Below are positions 1-13,037 of a stretch of 64,000 nucleotides of DNA, piece by piece. Each line of letters starts with the position of its first letter. The stretch's first letter is position 1. Below the pieces are notes generated by a model. The model had not been told where the DNA came from. It was given only the letters and a program-made list of their open reading frames with translations, and ran no database searches. The translations under genes and the position numbers were made by a program. Source of the stretch: Tubiluchus corallicola (lineage: Eukaryota; Animalia; Priapulida); contig JAQGDQ010000007.1 of NCBI GenBank assembly GCA_030141605.1, forward strand, positions 793,173 to 857,172, written 5' to 3'.

Positions 1-788
1 TCTGCATCTTTGGCAGTGACGGTAATGACTTCCGTCATTGACACGACATCAGTATACAGCGTTGCATTCAACAGCGTCTCCTGGAAGTACGGAGCATTAT
101 CGTTTTCGTCGAGTACTTTTATAGGAATAATAATTCGCGTCAAATCGGAATGATCTTCGTATTGTGCAATTATAGTCAATTTGTACATGGATCTCGATTC
201 TCTGTCAATGTCACCATTTACAATCAACGTGGCACCATATTTACCTTGATTATTAATATCTTTTAATTTAAAAGCGTCACCATAGTTTCCAGATGCTATT
301 TTGTATGTCACTGGCTTTTTACAAGTTTGAGCACAAGCCGTAATAAATGTTAGACCATGCACGGTTTTACCGAGTGGTGCATTTTCCCTGATTTTACCGC
401 TATAATGGGAAGAGAATCGCAGTAAGTCGTTCGTGTTCAGCACATTGACACGTAGCGTTTCTAAGTGCACATCGGGCAACAAGTCATCAAAAACTTCTAG
501 AGCTATTGGTTTGTCTATTAGATGTGACACATTTCCTACAGTTATTAAGCTACCATCATGAATTAATTTAAAACTGTTCGAATAACTGTCGCCTTTTAAT
601 CGCACACCACTGCAGTGCACCCTGTGCACAAAGTATCCTGGTGGTGCATCGTGTGGTACTACCACCATGCGAGGCACGCCAATCATATCCATCATCCCTA
701 TATGGGAGTTGATGCCGACGGCGAGGAGCAGAAGTACAAAAATGCACTTTAGTACAGTTGATAACGGACAGCATTCAGCAGCTGCCAT
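1..788 (-). CDS. Large classical (type III / neural-cadherin-like) cadherin, 5' partial: signal peptide plus first extracellular cadherin repeats
   Basis: Manual translation of the minus strand from the ATG at 788: MAAAECCPLSTVLKCIFVLLLLAVG (signal peptide) ... VVVPHDAPPGYFV ... IDRES ... VLDENDNAPYF ... VTAKDAD. The DRE, DxNDNxP and AxDxD calcium-binding motifs are diagnostic of cadherin repeats. The frame is open to position 1, which explains its absence from the ORF track. Splice acceptor ttcag| lies just upstream (exon starts at 835). The subtype is an inference. Confidence 0.9.
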   Translation of the reverse strand, partial: MAAAECCPLSTVLKCIFVLLLLAVGINSHIGMMDMIGVPRMVVVPHDAPPGYFVHRVHCSGVRLKGDSYSNSFKLIHDGSLITVGNVSHLIDKPIALEVFDDLLPDVHLETLRVNVLNTNDLLRFSSHYSGKIRENAPLGKTVHGLTFITACAQTCKKPVTYKIASGNYGDAFKLKDINNQGKYGATLIVNGDIDRESRSMYKLTIIAQYEDHSDLTRIIIPIKVLDENDNAPYFQETLLNATLYTDVVSMTEVITVTAKDA

Positions 789-1008
789 TGCTCTTATCAC
801 AGCTACACTACAGCAACCGCTTCTACTATAGAAGCCTGAAAGTAAAAATTAATATTTACCAGATAACATAAATGATATTAAAGCTATAGTAATTAGGTAG
901 CTCTACATAAAATTAGAAGTCCAAAATTAGAATCAGAATTAAAACTTAATGTTCAGTCACTACAAATCTTTAAACTTTATGAAGATGTTTTGCAACCTAA
1001 ACAACACT

Positions 1009-1722
1009 GCGCTATTACACTTTCGCACCGCCTAGCTTTTCCTGGCCTATTGGTAGTTTTCACGCCTGCAGGCCAGAAAGCAGACCAACAGGCGTAATAT
1101 ACACCATATTCCCATAATATTATAGGTTCTTAGGCTTTATAATACCAGATTAAAATCATACATTACTTACTGCCGCCATTACGCAAAAAACTCCACGCGA
1201 ATAACCGTGTTTACACCACTAATGCGCAATCGCTCTCGCGCAGTGACGATGTGGCCCTTAACCTGTATTTTTAGTTTCTTCGCATAATTTATGATTATTA
1301 GGGTTGCAGCCACGGGACCAAGCTGGCATATACGAGGAAATTATTTTAGACGACTACAGTTATTTATCATTAATTTTATTTATTACTGTAGTATTATTAC
1401 TATTAGATTATAAAAAAAGTAAATGTTTTTTCTTTATTTCGTAAATGCGGTGAAGATGAAAGTGTGTCACGTGCTTTTAAGCTAGGCCCTGATAATGCAT
1501 AAACTAGTACGAAATTCGTCACGTGACTACACACACAAACAAGATGGCGATACTGTGTAAAACTGTGAATACAGCGTAATTATACCTAAATATATTATTA
1601 AATTACAATTAGATTAGCGGAAACATTCACTGATGACGTAAAAATAATAGAATGATGACTTACGAGCCTAAAAACGAGTAATAACCTAGAAAAAGCTAGG
1701 CGATGTGAAAGTGTAATAGCGC
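1009..1722. mobile_element. Non-autonomous DNA transposon (MITE) with ~32-bp terminal inverted repeats
   Basis: gcgctattacactttcgcaccgcctagctttt (from 1009) is the near-perfect reverse complement of aaaagctaggcgatgtgaaagtgtaatagcgc (to 1722); no coding capacity inside. Confidence 0.75.
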
Positions 1723-2123
1723 CCAAAAGACCTGCCGCTCATATTGCCGATTTTAATCAAAGAAAAACAACTGATAATTAATACTAGACAATAAACTGGC
1801 GTTCGAGATCAGTATCAAGTATTTGGCAACATAAACAAGAATGTCAAATATCAAACAATAATTAGTTTACATATGAATCAACTTAACTCCCTCCCCCAAG
1901 TTTCATGAAACCTAAATCATTGTTTTCTTAATTAGTAGCGTAGTACGCTACGCATAATCAAAATAAACAATCGAAAGTGATAACAGTCGTAGCAGTTTAA
2001 TAAACTTCATTCAGTTTATAAATGTAATAAAGCACTGATATTCGTACTAAGTATTATTTTGTACCGGCAGTAGAGAAAGACAATATCGCTAACTTAGTTA
2101 CATTAGTCATTACCTAATCTCAC

Positions 2124-2475
2124 CGTCGTAGATACATCGACCTTTCAAAAATCAAAAAAATCGCCGTTTAAAGTCCATCTTGCTCCGGTGAAAATGCAAC
2201 ACACTATACATTTGTAAAAAAAGGCTAAAAAGCCGATTTTGCCAGGAGCAAAAATCAGCCAACGCACAAAGCAGGCTTGCGATGACTAACCAGCGAATTT
2301 GCGAAAAGCAAATAAATCTGCTAACTTGCCCAATCAACGAACATGATCGATCAGTCTTTGGTCTCACGACACCGCGAAGGAATAATACTACCGCAGAATA
2401 CAGACAGAAGCGAGCAACTCTAGCGAACAACTCGCCTTGTCTACAGACTTTATTGACCAGACTTATAACTGATAA
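2124..2475 (-). other. Putative non-coding first exon (5' UTR) of the cadherin gene
   Basis: CpG-enriched block with a minus-strand donor CG|GTGAGA at 2124/2123 and an Inr-like TCAGTT near 2472. It would splice to the acceptor at 835. Inference only. Confidence 0.4.
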
Positions 2476-3192
2476 GTAAATAATAGCGATGAGCATCGAA
2501 CGTTCGAGATTTTTCACATTAGAACGACTTGAGCATAAATTTGTGAATTCGGATGATTCACAACTTTAACTACCGGCACATGACATTCTTTTTCATCAAA
2601 ACATTTTGAAGGAGCATGCAATCAGCACAATTGTGCTATGATTTCTCTTCACAATTTCTAAACAAAATAAATGTTTTCACTGCAGAACAAAATCACGTTA
2701 TATACATGTTATTTGGGAGATAGTTTTTTACTAATGATTAAAAAATGTATTTGAAGATCTTTAAAACTGAGTTGGAATTCCATTTGGATACGAAATCTTG
2801 AAATTCGATTTGATTTGAATTCGAAAGTCAAAAATTCGATTAGATTCGAATTCGCTTTTTGATAGAGAAAGGCTAGTAAAATGTGATTGGTTTTTACCGT
2901 AACGTATTATTTAAATTATTTTGGAAGACTAATGTGAATTACATATCACCAATATTACGTAAAGTTTTTTGTTTGTACAGTATTCTGCGCTCACTATGTA
3001 AAACTTGAAAATTATTACTGAGGATTTTAACGAAGGCGTTTTGTAGTTAAAACAAAACGAGCAAAAACAAAACGAACAAAACATTTTCAATTCTGTTCTA
3101 ACTGATTTTCTTCTAATTTAAAAATTTTGCATAATATAAAAATTGTAAAGTACAGGGTGAAATGTACCTCTTGCTGTAAAGGGCTTGAGCCT

Positions 3193-3562
3193 AGGGGGGG
3201 GTACAAAAAGAACAAGTAATCGTATGGAGCAACTAGTACTTCAGGCTCAGAGCATTGTTGAAAACGATATTATGATAGAATCTGTTGGTGCACGCAGTTT
3301 TAGTGTGGAAGCCGACAACCTCTCATACCTGCATTCTTGAGCAGTGCAACTACTTGAAGAGGCAACTGTCGTGGTCAAGATACATCAACCCTTCTTGAAG
3401 ATGCCTCGATCATAAATTTCTCTTCTGAATACCGGTGGACGACATGTTCTTGGGCAATCTCGGCTTCCACTCTGGGTTTTACGATTGTTTCATTGTGTTG
3501 AGTGGGGTTGGCAGCCAGTGAATTTTCAGGCCATTCAGTTCGTTGTTTTTGTACCCCGCCCC
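3193..3562. mobile_element. Small element with inverted ends
   Basis: ggggggtacaaaaagaac ... gttgtttttgtacccc terminal inverted repeat, plus an internal inverted pair gtggaagccga / tcggcttccac. Confidence 0.45.
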
Positions 3563-3911
3563 AGAAAAAGGAGTGATATCTACTATCTTGTATTTAACTT
3601 GCTTCAGAATTTGTGTAGAGTAGTATAATTCTTAGATTTAGTATTGATTTACTGCTAATAATCTACAAGGACAAACTCGAACTTGATGTTATTGGGTCAT
3701 CTGTTTGTAACTTGAGGGATAAAGATTTACTTAACATGATGTAAAAGTAATTAATTAAAATCCTTGCCAAACCCTGTTACCACCTGGTATGATATGCAAC
3801 CCGGATAAAAAGAAATTGAAAATTCTTCAATCATATCAAGCCCATATGAAGGGTTAGTAGCCTCAACGTCGGTGTGGAAAATCAAACACAGACATCGAGC
3901 AATCAGAGGGT

Positions 3912-4780
3912 GCGAGGTAAAAATGACCTGGTAAAATGGCATAGGCAAAAATGGCACAAGAAAAAGGGCACAAATGAAAAAGTTGGTAAAAGTGGCACGG
4001 TAAGAAATGGCACGGGAAAAATGGAACAGGAAAAATGGCAGAGGAGAAATGGCACAAGTAAAAATGGTTTAAATAGAAAAGTAGGAAAAATAGCACGTAT
4101 GTTAGTTTCACGTAGTTACCTTCTATAATAAGACTAGAATGCGCTCAGTAGGAATCAGATACCTGCCAAAGCGGAACAGTCCTTATTCGTCTGATTCTTC
4201 TGATAAAAAAACGTAAAACTAAGATGGACAAGCAAACATACAAAAATGTTCCTGTATTGGTATTACATAGACTAGCAAAATGCTCACAAAATATTTTGTT
4301 CGTTAATTGGAAATATAATCAATAGTTCACAAATATTCTACATAGTTTAACTAATTCGTAGTTGTTTATCCTGGAGGAGGTAATAAAAAAGAAGTACTAA
4401 ACACACTTAAGATACCTCCACGAAGTGATTTACGAATGCTTTTCCGTACTTGGTCTTCGGTCAAACTTTGCGAAAAAGTAACGGGCGAAAAAACGCCAGT
4501 TTTGGCACCCGCCGTCTCCACAAAGTTTCGTGGAAAAGTTTCTGTGGAAGCATAACTTCCTCTGCAGAGGTGAAGTAGTTATCCCCCACAGTAACCCTAA
4601 CCCTAAATTCATATTTTATTAAGTGTGCCAGTTTTCCTGTGCCACTTTTACCTACTTTTCCATTTGTGCCATTTTTTCTCGTGCCATTTTAGCACGCCAT
4701 TTTTTCTGTGCCATTTTCCCTGTGCTATTTTACCTATTTTTTATTTGTGCCAGTTTTTCCCGTGTCATTTATACCTACGT
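3912..4780. mobile_element. Foldback-type element: two inverted arms of tandem AAAAATGGCAC-like units, with nested insertions between them
   Basis: 3920-4095 has repeated aaaatggca(c); 4622-4780 has the reverse complement gtgccatttt repeated. This explains the spurious Phe/Cys/His-rich ORFs in the track. A short (taaccc)n tract lies at ~4593-4607. Confidence 0.7.
4133..4386 (+). mobile_element. Helentron/HINE-like interspersed element nested in the foldback element
   Basis: Begins actagaatgcgctcagtagg...acctgccaaagc and ends ctggaggaggtaataa. Related starts at ~9991 (ttagaatggaatttagtaaagcg...accgccaaggc) and ~57717. Family name is inferred from recalled structure. Confidence 0.4.
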
Positions 4781-4798
4781 TCGTCTAAAGTGCTACCT

Positions 4799-5129
4799 GG
4801 AAACTATGGAGCACAAATAGTACAGTGCAGGAGAATAAGCTTTTTATAAATTCAAGTGAATTTATACGCCAATGTTGTTTTGTGGACACGTGACTTTCAA
4901 AACTCAGAATATGGGATAAGCCAATTAGGGAATAGAAATGGAGATTTGAAATGACTTACATTACTGGGTGGCACGCATTAAATGGGTGGATGGGGCTGAT
5001 TAAATGGATTTTTCATTAGTTGTCGTGTATTCTGAGTTCTGGAAGTGACCATGAACAGTCTTGGGGTATAAGCCTATCTGAGTTTATAAAATTTCTAATA
5101 TTGTGTACTCATTGTGTCCAGTAGCTTCC
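4799..5129. mobile_element. Degenerate ~330-bp palindromic MITE
   Basis: Left arm ggaaactatggagcacaaatagtac...tttataaattca...aaaactcagaata pairs with right arm tattctgagtt...tgagtttataaaa...gtactcattgtgtccagtagcttcc. Confidence 0.55.
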
Positions 5130-5940
5130 GAGTAATAATATTCGAGCTTCACGTCCATACAGACATTGAGGGATCTGGAAACGTCTTAGCATTCATCCGC
5201 ACGAGAGCCTTGGTGACAAACGAAACTCTGGGTCGCAAATGAAAACAGATAACCAACGAAAGCGTCTGTACTATAAATGACAATATTCATCAAGCTTGAC
5301 AGTTGACACACGTGATTATGACGTAATTTAGACTTGGACTAATGAAACCTGGAAGTGCTCGTCATTAATATAGGACCAAATTCTTGTAACATAATATGGC
5401 CGTGACAAATAAAAGTATTTTCAATCGAAACGACAGGGAAGACTTGGCACGCCGCCTACCAGTCTGTCTGGCTTGGGGAACTCACGATGTTAGCTTATGG
5501 ATTGAATATTTGGGATTTCCGTATTACAAGGTATGCTAATTTCATGACGCAATGCACTTTGTACGGCTGCTAAAGCTAATTAAAAAAATAACTTCCGGTT
5601 TACGCCTAGTATGTTTTAATTAATTTTGACCACCCGTACAATAGGCCTACATCAAATTTAGTCTTGGTTACGGCTGCCCCAGAATAAGCTGCAAAAATTG
5701 TATCACAAAAACAAAAAACTAATACCTTAGTGCCAGTTTTAAGCAACAATACTAATTAGTAGCGTTGATAGTCTCAATTTGCAACAGGAAGCGTTTCTGG
5801 TTAACAACATAAACGGTAGAAGATTAATGCTGCTAGATGCGTCTAACCTTCCGAAGATGGGTATTACTAACTTTGACGACATTAAGGTTAGTCCACACAA
5901 ACGATAATTGCAAAGGCAGAATTACGGAGAGGGTATTGCA

Positions 5941-5942
5941 CG

Positions 5943-5981
<39 letters not shown>

Positions 5982-6180
5982 AGAAAGAGGGGAGATAGAA
6001 AGAGAAAGAAGGAGAGCGAGACAGAGAAAGAAGATGAGCGTATATTTTACAAGAAAAGTAAGATAATAAAAAAGGTACGAAAAAAATGGAAAAATGAAGA
6101 GAAAGAACGAAATACAATAAATAAAAGCAAAAATGGAGTGTAGAATTGAAAAGTAGAAAGGAAATAAGAAGCAAAGAAAA
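5941..6180. repeat. (GA)n microsatellite and purine-rich low-complexity tract
   Basis: Direct reading: gagagagacagaaagagagagagag... followed by A/G-rich sequence. Confidence 0.85.
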
Positions 6181-7441
6181 CGAATTTTGAATAAGAACTT
6201 GTGTAATACTCACATAATAATGCTTTCTGTTGAAGGTCATAACGGCCGCTGTAAGAAACTTACTTGGCATAGGAATGACTGATTGGAACAGAAGCATAGA
6301 ATTACACAGAAGAGAAACATTAGAATTATTCCTGGAGCAAAAAACTACGACTGGAAAAACAGCTGATGAACTGAATATTGTGGATTTTGTTATTCAACAC
6401 AAACTGCCACTGTAGGAAAAGGCACAAATTTATCTTATACTTGAATATGAATATACTCGAATTATACTTGAAGTGAATTTTATACAGTTTTGCGACCTTA
6501 GTAAGTATTTACTTTTAATTTAGCAATCGATGTCGCTGTTAAGCTTATTCGCTTATGTATGCGATAATTGTTTTATTAATACTGCATTGTTACAATCACG
6601 TTTTCTTTTGTTTTTTCAGGGTAAAAGTGTTTAATGGGTCAAAAATTTTACACATAAATTTAATGTTTCAGAATAACATAGCAATTAATATTACACTCTG
6701 TCTCTCGAAAAATAACTTGTTTTTTATGTATAGAAATACAAAAATTTAATATTAAAATTCTAATTTGTGAACGATCGTCGTGAATTACCATGCATAGTGT
6801 GTATTCAAGCATTCAGCATAATTATAATACTTAACCATTTACATTTGTAACATATAAGCATAAAATTCAGGCTGACAAAGCTTCGCAGGAGACGAATCAT
6901 ATCGATTTCAATTCTTTGCAATTGTAAAATATCATTGCATTTGACTAGCTTCCTTGCAACCCAACATTTTATTGAACACAACAAAATAAAAGTCGTTTTT
7001 AAGGTTGTCCACTTAAAAACGATGCAAATGGTGACAGTGCAAATACATTACAAACAAGAACAAATCGAAGTTTAAAGGGTTTCGACTATTTTAACATAAA
7101 GACATTTCAAATAGTTCCACATAATAAAAATAATACTTGTTTCAATCAGCCAAGAGTGAATGAATCATATTAGTTAAGCTTGTACTTCTGTCTACAATGA
7201 ACTGGACCAGAATAAAATTTAGTCATTTTTGGCAGGTTAGAAGCGTTATAGGCACTTAGGCCTTATTCAATTTTTATTTAATTCACGATAAATATGAAAT
7301 ACATTGTTGTTTAATCAATTTTAGCTAATCACAAAATAAACTTCAAGAAATGGTGTATCACAAATGGTGTACAATCATCTATTAAAAATTTATTAAAGAT
7401 GTAATAAAATTTTGTATGAGGCTTAATCCATTTCTTAAACT

Positions 7442-10400
7442 TCATCCTGCCTCACCCATACTTGACTTATCAATGTGAAGCCATTCCATGTTTCTAATCT
7501 GGTTAATGTTAGCTCGTTTAGTTACGTCTGTCTCTAGAATGCGTCGCATGACATCAATGCATTTCGGGTCGAGTTTATTTAGCAGCTTGGTGGGGATAGG
7601 CAACTTGTTACTTAACTGCGTTTCCAGCATTTTCTTAATGTTGGAATCATCGTACGGCATGGAGCCGCAGACCATAATAAATAGAATGCATCCCATGCTC
7701 CACACGTCGTACATTTTTGGGTTGTACGGGATGCCTTGCAGAATTTCTGGTGCTGCATAGGCAGCGCTACCACAATAGGTGTTGCTAAGGATACGTTTGT
7801 TTGTTTCCCAATCAACTGCAAAAAAGTTAAACAGTTTACACAAATGATGATACAAACTCATAGTCAATTTAATTTTGAAACCAAGCAGGAACTGTGATAA
7901 AGTTGGAAGACAGCGTGGATCACAGTTAGAATCGCTCTAGCGTGAATGATGATCAGTGTGATGATCTAATATTGGAAATGCTGAAATTGGCTAGCCAGTT
8001 ATAAGGGATGAACTTTGAACTGTCATGATCGCCGGTGCACACAGTAATCTAGTGGCACTGGCATCTGCCCTGTAAGCAAGAGGCTTCTGTTTCAAATCCA
8101 GACTGTGAAACAATTTTTTCACACTTCCTGTTTTCCAAAGTTTGGTTTTAAAATTCATTTAAATGTGGTTTGTAGGATCAGTAGAATGTTGATGAGAAGA
8201 TTGTAATTCACAGGAAGGAAAATGGATCAAGTCAAAGAGTCTTGTTAACAAATTTGCAATAGCATTAACAAAGATTACTAGAACGATATTCACTGGTTAG
8301 CTAGTTGGGACCTAAGCTGCCTTGGCCGGGATTGTGTGGTTCACAGTCGTCTGCATGAACATGGCCATCGATCACCTGTAAAGTTTATCATATGCGTCCA
8401 AAACAAGCGCACTTTTACCTTTTGGAATTTTATTTATGATTATTGATTAGACCTGTTTTTCTTTAAAACTTAATTGACCACTATGACGCGTGACCATTAC
8501 TTATAACGTATTACATACAATGGTCCGCTGTATGGAATGGAACGCAGTAATACGCATATATCTAAAATTAAGAGAAGATCCGGTCTTATAGCTCCTCACT
8601 TACTTTTGCTGGAGATTTCCAATTAGTACGTTATACTAAAATCATTATTCGAGGTTTTAGCATATCTGCAATTCAAAGTTGACAAACAGCCCGTTTACAA
8701 CACTCCGTTTTCATTCAGTTTTTCTGTCAGAATAGAACTCGTCCTGCCCGTCCGAGTCTTTTCTGCCAAGTGCCAACAGGAATCAGATCATATGTACCTT
8801 CTCAAGGGGTCTGCCGTTTTTAACAGAAATCAGTGATGACAGTGAGGAAACTATGTTGCCTGCTAAGCTTAGTAGAAACGTACTCTTTCGATTAAATTTC
8901 CTAAAAACGAAACCTGCCTTTTTAGGAAAGACTTATTTGACAGTTTTTAGGTTTGAAATGGCCCGGATTTCGTCTAGATTGTGTGGGTTACCGGATGGTT
9001 GTCCAAGAAAAAAAATTCCGTTTCTAGTGACCGAGAGAATTCCCAAAAAAATATGAATCCTCCCATAACAAGTAACGTATTCCCTTTGGAGAAATAATGT
9101 GGAAAAAATACAACCGTACAGAAAAAGAAACACTTGCTTAAGCTTCAGGTTTTAAATAAGTTTGAAATCAAGACGCAACATCAGTTTCAATAGATAAAGT
9201 GCAAAGACAAGGTTCAATTGACTTACTGCAATATCTTGAAAATCCAAAATCAGTAATTTTCACATGCATGTGCTGGTGAAGTAGAACATTTTCGCATTTT
9301 AAATCTCGGTGCACTATGTTCAGATTGTGACAGAATCTAATGGCCTCTACCACTTCACGAAACATTCGCTTGGACACGCTGTTTGCTATGGCACCATGTG
9401 ACTGAAAAAATACGAACTAGTCATGCAGGCTGCTCAAAATGGGGCTGTTTTTGTGATTGTTTATCTGGTCGATCTGTTTAGCTTGTGCATTTTATTAAGC
9501 GCATACCATTACTAATTAACAATGTATTGATGTTTCACATGAGAAACAATGTGTGATCATGGGTTAAACATTAATATGGAGTATTCACTCTGCTTGTAGC
9601 GTCCGAACGCGCGGACACGCTGCAGGTAAAAAAAGTTCAGAGCATTATTATGACAATAATTATAATGAATATTCTATCTTCTGTTTGTGCTACACTATAT
9701 AGCATACTCATTTTTATGCTTTCACCATATTTACTTCAAGTGCAGTTGATTAGTAGGCAGATAATCATCGAGCGTATACTAGATAGCAGGCGACTTGCGT
9801 AAATTGTTCAACTATAAATATGGCGAGAATGTAAGAATCTTCTTTCAAACGTTATAGTATTATAGTGTTCAGCTCCGTGATGTGATCAACAGTTTGGAAC
9901 AAACTAGTACACTGTATGAAGCACTGAGTTTCTCTTTTCTTGTGCCAAATAAATTTCAGCTTCCTAGCTGTGCTACGGCGCCTTTCCACATTAGAATGGA
10001 ATTTAGTAAAGCGAAATCGACCGCCAAGGCCTGCAAAGTATAATTTACTAAACTACGCAGTTGATTACGTTACGATCGTAAGATGGCACCAATTGCTCTG
10101 ACAAAACCTTTGGAATATTCTGTGCAACGTCACAGTACAGAAAAATTGCAAAAAGCAGGGGATGCTTGTCATTACAGAGGTGGCGCCAATAAAACAACAA
10201 ACAACAACGAAAACGAGAACGAGAACGAGAACAACGACAACACGACGACGAAATAGACATCTTTATTCGCAAGTTTTTGAATTTTGTTACTTCGCCGGGG
10301 AGTAACCACGTACCTTTATATGTTCGAGAAGATCGCCGCCGTCTGCCTTCTCCATAAAGATGTAAGTTTTATCGTCGATTTCCTTCATGGAAAAGATTCT

Positions 10401-12819
10401 GATGATGTTAGCGTGTTGCAAGTGTGGCAAAATCTAAAATAATAATAACATTTAACGTTGTTTTTAAAATAAAGATGCTTTGGCAGAACCAAGCGCAAGG
10501 GAAGTGTACACTATAGAGCAAAAATTTACCGAAGAACAAGAAGAGAAATGGAAGAAAAGGTGAAATGAAAAATACTAAAAATGCAACATGAAGGACAGAA
10601 AGTGAATGATAATATAAGAAAGAGAAAAGAATAAAAAAAAACGAAAAGGTGAAACGAAACAAAAAAGGTGAGAATAGAAAAAGAAAACGAAATAAAGGAA
10701 GAAGGGAGGTTAGAAACAGAAGGTAGAAAAGGAGGTGAGGAACAGAAAGTGCATGGACAAAAGAAGAAGAAACGAAAGAATTGTACTTAAAGACGAGAGG
10801 TACCTAAAAAAACAGAAAAAACAGAGAAGCAGAAAAAACTGGTAGGTAGAAAAATGATGGAAAAGGATAAACTAAGAAAAGATTGACGAAAGGTTGAATG
10901 AAAAAACGGTTGAATTAAAGAAGAATAAAAAGAAGAAAGATGGAATAAGCGAAAATATTATTTCCTTAACTCGGAAAATGCTTGTCGAAAAATTCACATT
11001 TGACCTAATTCTAAATTTCGCTGTGAATATTTTATTAGTCCCTTTTATTTCAAACTCTTTCACATACTTCTAACTCACGTGGCAGGAATTTGGTTAGGTA
11101 ATCCTGGGGTGCCTTGCTGCGTGAAATGATTTTAACTGCCATTGGATGCGGAGTTTGCATTTTTCCTCTGATAAAGTCACATGACCTGAAAATGAAAACA
11201 TTTTTTGACACTAGGCCATGTGTAGGCATCATCGTTAAGAGCAACTGTTTTCTAGACGCCTCAGAAAAGAAATATTTAAAAAGTATTGATGAAAATTCTA
11301 AAGTAACGCAACTTGATAATGGTGACACTCTTTTTACACAGTAATCTTAATAAAACGGACTGTGTTCAACAGGTTATTGAACACTTTATAATCACGATCA
11401 CTGGTTTTTTAGTTCTCGTTCCATTTCATCATTCAATCAGCTATTCACATCAATGTGTATATTTATCATTATCTCATTTATTAATCCTTTTTTTTAAGAT
11501 TTCCGCGTACAGTTTGGCCTGTGAAGCTATGCTTTCAAGTTCAAACTGCATGCATCAAAATTAGTGTGCACACGCTAGCTACAAATGAGTATTTACTTGT
11601 TATCTGGACTGTTTGTATTTGTATTTCTATTTCTATTTAACTTACTGGATTATTATCTGTATTTTAGTGATATTATTGTAAGATGCAGCGCGGAAATGAA
11701 TGAACTCTTTAATTCTTGAAGAACTTACAGGCAAAGTTTATATCTGACTTTAAAAAGTTAGTTAGTTCTTATAATAAGAACAAGTGAATTATATTAATTG
11801 GCAAGTAGATCGTACCAGATGGTGAAATAAGGTAGTGTACGTCGTGGTACTGACAATTTTAGGCAGTTTCAATGAAAAACATTCTTAAGTGAGCTATAAT
11901 TATGACATCTTAGCAACGTGAACAAAACAAACAATGGAAGCATTCAAAGCAAACTGTCCACAAGAACAAGAACAACAACGCAAACAAGTACTAGACATCT
12001 TAAACTGGGTTGTAATAAATGAAGTCTGCGAGTTGCTACTTATTAAAATTTGGGAAATTTGTTGACCAAAACGAGCAATTCCCCCTTTTTCATTCGTTCT
12101 TTTGGGAAATTAGCTACTACTTTTTGTTCTAGCCTCAGGTTAGCGATAAGTGTAAAATAGCAGCAATAATCATTATTCCTTCCTTTTCGTAAAGGCATTG
12201 ATACTGGTTCAGGTTCATTTTGTGTGTAATTAATTATTTTACAGTTACAGTTTGAGGGTAAACTGAAAAAAATTAAATAAAACGAGCAAACAAACAGCCA
12301 TTCTGTAAGGTCAACAAGCTGTTTTGGGACATGGGAATCCGTGGGAGTCTGGCAGAGATGTCTGCGAATTGATTTTTTCGTGTGGACTTGATGACGGTTG
12401 ATAATTTTGCCTCTGATAACCCTAGAACCAGCCTATTATAGGGTTTCATTATTTTGTGATAAGCACAATTGGACATACCGTACTTTTGCGTACGTTCCAG
12501 ATCCAATTTCGGGACCCAGGTTATATCCCATCCGTTGTAGTTCCAATTTTTCATAGTCAACAGGTGAATGTTCCTTCTTTGCGCGACGTTGGATGAAAGA
12601 CATACTATGTCGCGGTCTCTTTTTAGGTGGTTCCAGCGTGCTTCGGGTCCCCACTATGACCGGGTCACCGCCACTTTGCTCCTTATGCCGTTCCTTGCGG
12701 CCAACCTGATGCAGAGCCGTATGACCTTCCTTGGGATGAACAGTGAGAAGATTCGTCCAGGGGTAAATCTCCAAATCACTGTTGTGTCCGGTTTTCGGCC
12801 TTTCACGCTCCGTGGACAT
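7442..12819 (-). CDS. TSSK: Testis-specific serine/threonine kinase (TSSK family), 5 coding exons, ~375 aa
   Basis: Exons 12819-12479, 11185-11068, 10433-10314, 9401-9227, 7815-7442; all introns GT-AG, phases consistent, 1128 nt in total. Motifs: IGSGTYAKV, AVKIISRSKAPQDYLTKFLPRELE (TSSK signature), MEKADGGDLL, HRDLKCENVLL, DFGFSR, LSNTYCGSAAYAAPEILQGIPYNPKMYDVWSMGCILFIMVCGSMPYDDSNI. Confidence 0.95.
7988..8123 (+). mobile_element. Dispersed repeat with a tRNA-like segment (SINE-like), copy 1
   Basis: ccagttataagggatgaactttgaactgtcatgatc...tagtgg...tttcaaatccagactg...ttttttcac aligns with the reverse complement of 41530-41665 and carries a B-box-like ttcaaatcc. Confidence 0.55.
10540..10945. 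repeat. Purine-rich low-complexity tract in TSSK intron 2
   Basis: Almost exclusively A/G on the plus strand. Confidence 0.7.
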
Positions 12820-13037
12820 TGTCGTTCACTGCGCGGACCTGAGAGAACACGCCCTCCGACCCCGCCCTAACGAATTTCTGTCCTCATGTGTGTGATGGCC
12901 GTCAAGGATCACGAGGCCAGCGACGGAGGTAAACAAGTAAAGCAACATGAAGAGACAGTATGCAAGGCTAAGCTCATCACGTTGTTGCCAATAGCCACGT
13001 AATGCATTGTAGACTTTTAGCAATAACTCAGCCAATT

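Noticed and set aside
568-774. 68-aa ORF in the track
   Set aside because: Alternative frame inside the real cadherin CDS (788->1).
3751-4849. Several Phe/Cys/His-rich or Lys/Gly-rich ORFs
   Set aside because: Translations of the AAAATGGCAC repeat arms; no protein features.
5833-6297. 154-aa hydrophobic ORF that looks like a membrane protein
   Set aside because: Reverse translation of a (GA)n/purine tract; the same applies to 10408-10662 and 10872-11063.
6230-6640. Exon-like segment (VRNLLGIG...QHKLPL) with nearby splice-like signals
   Set aside because: Short, ends in a stop, no family recognised; possibly a transposon gene remnant but not supportable.
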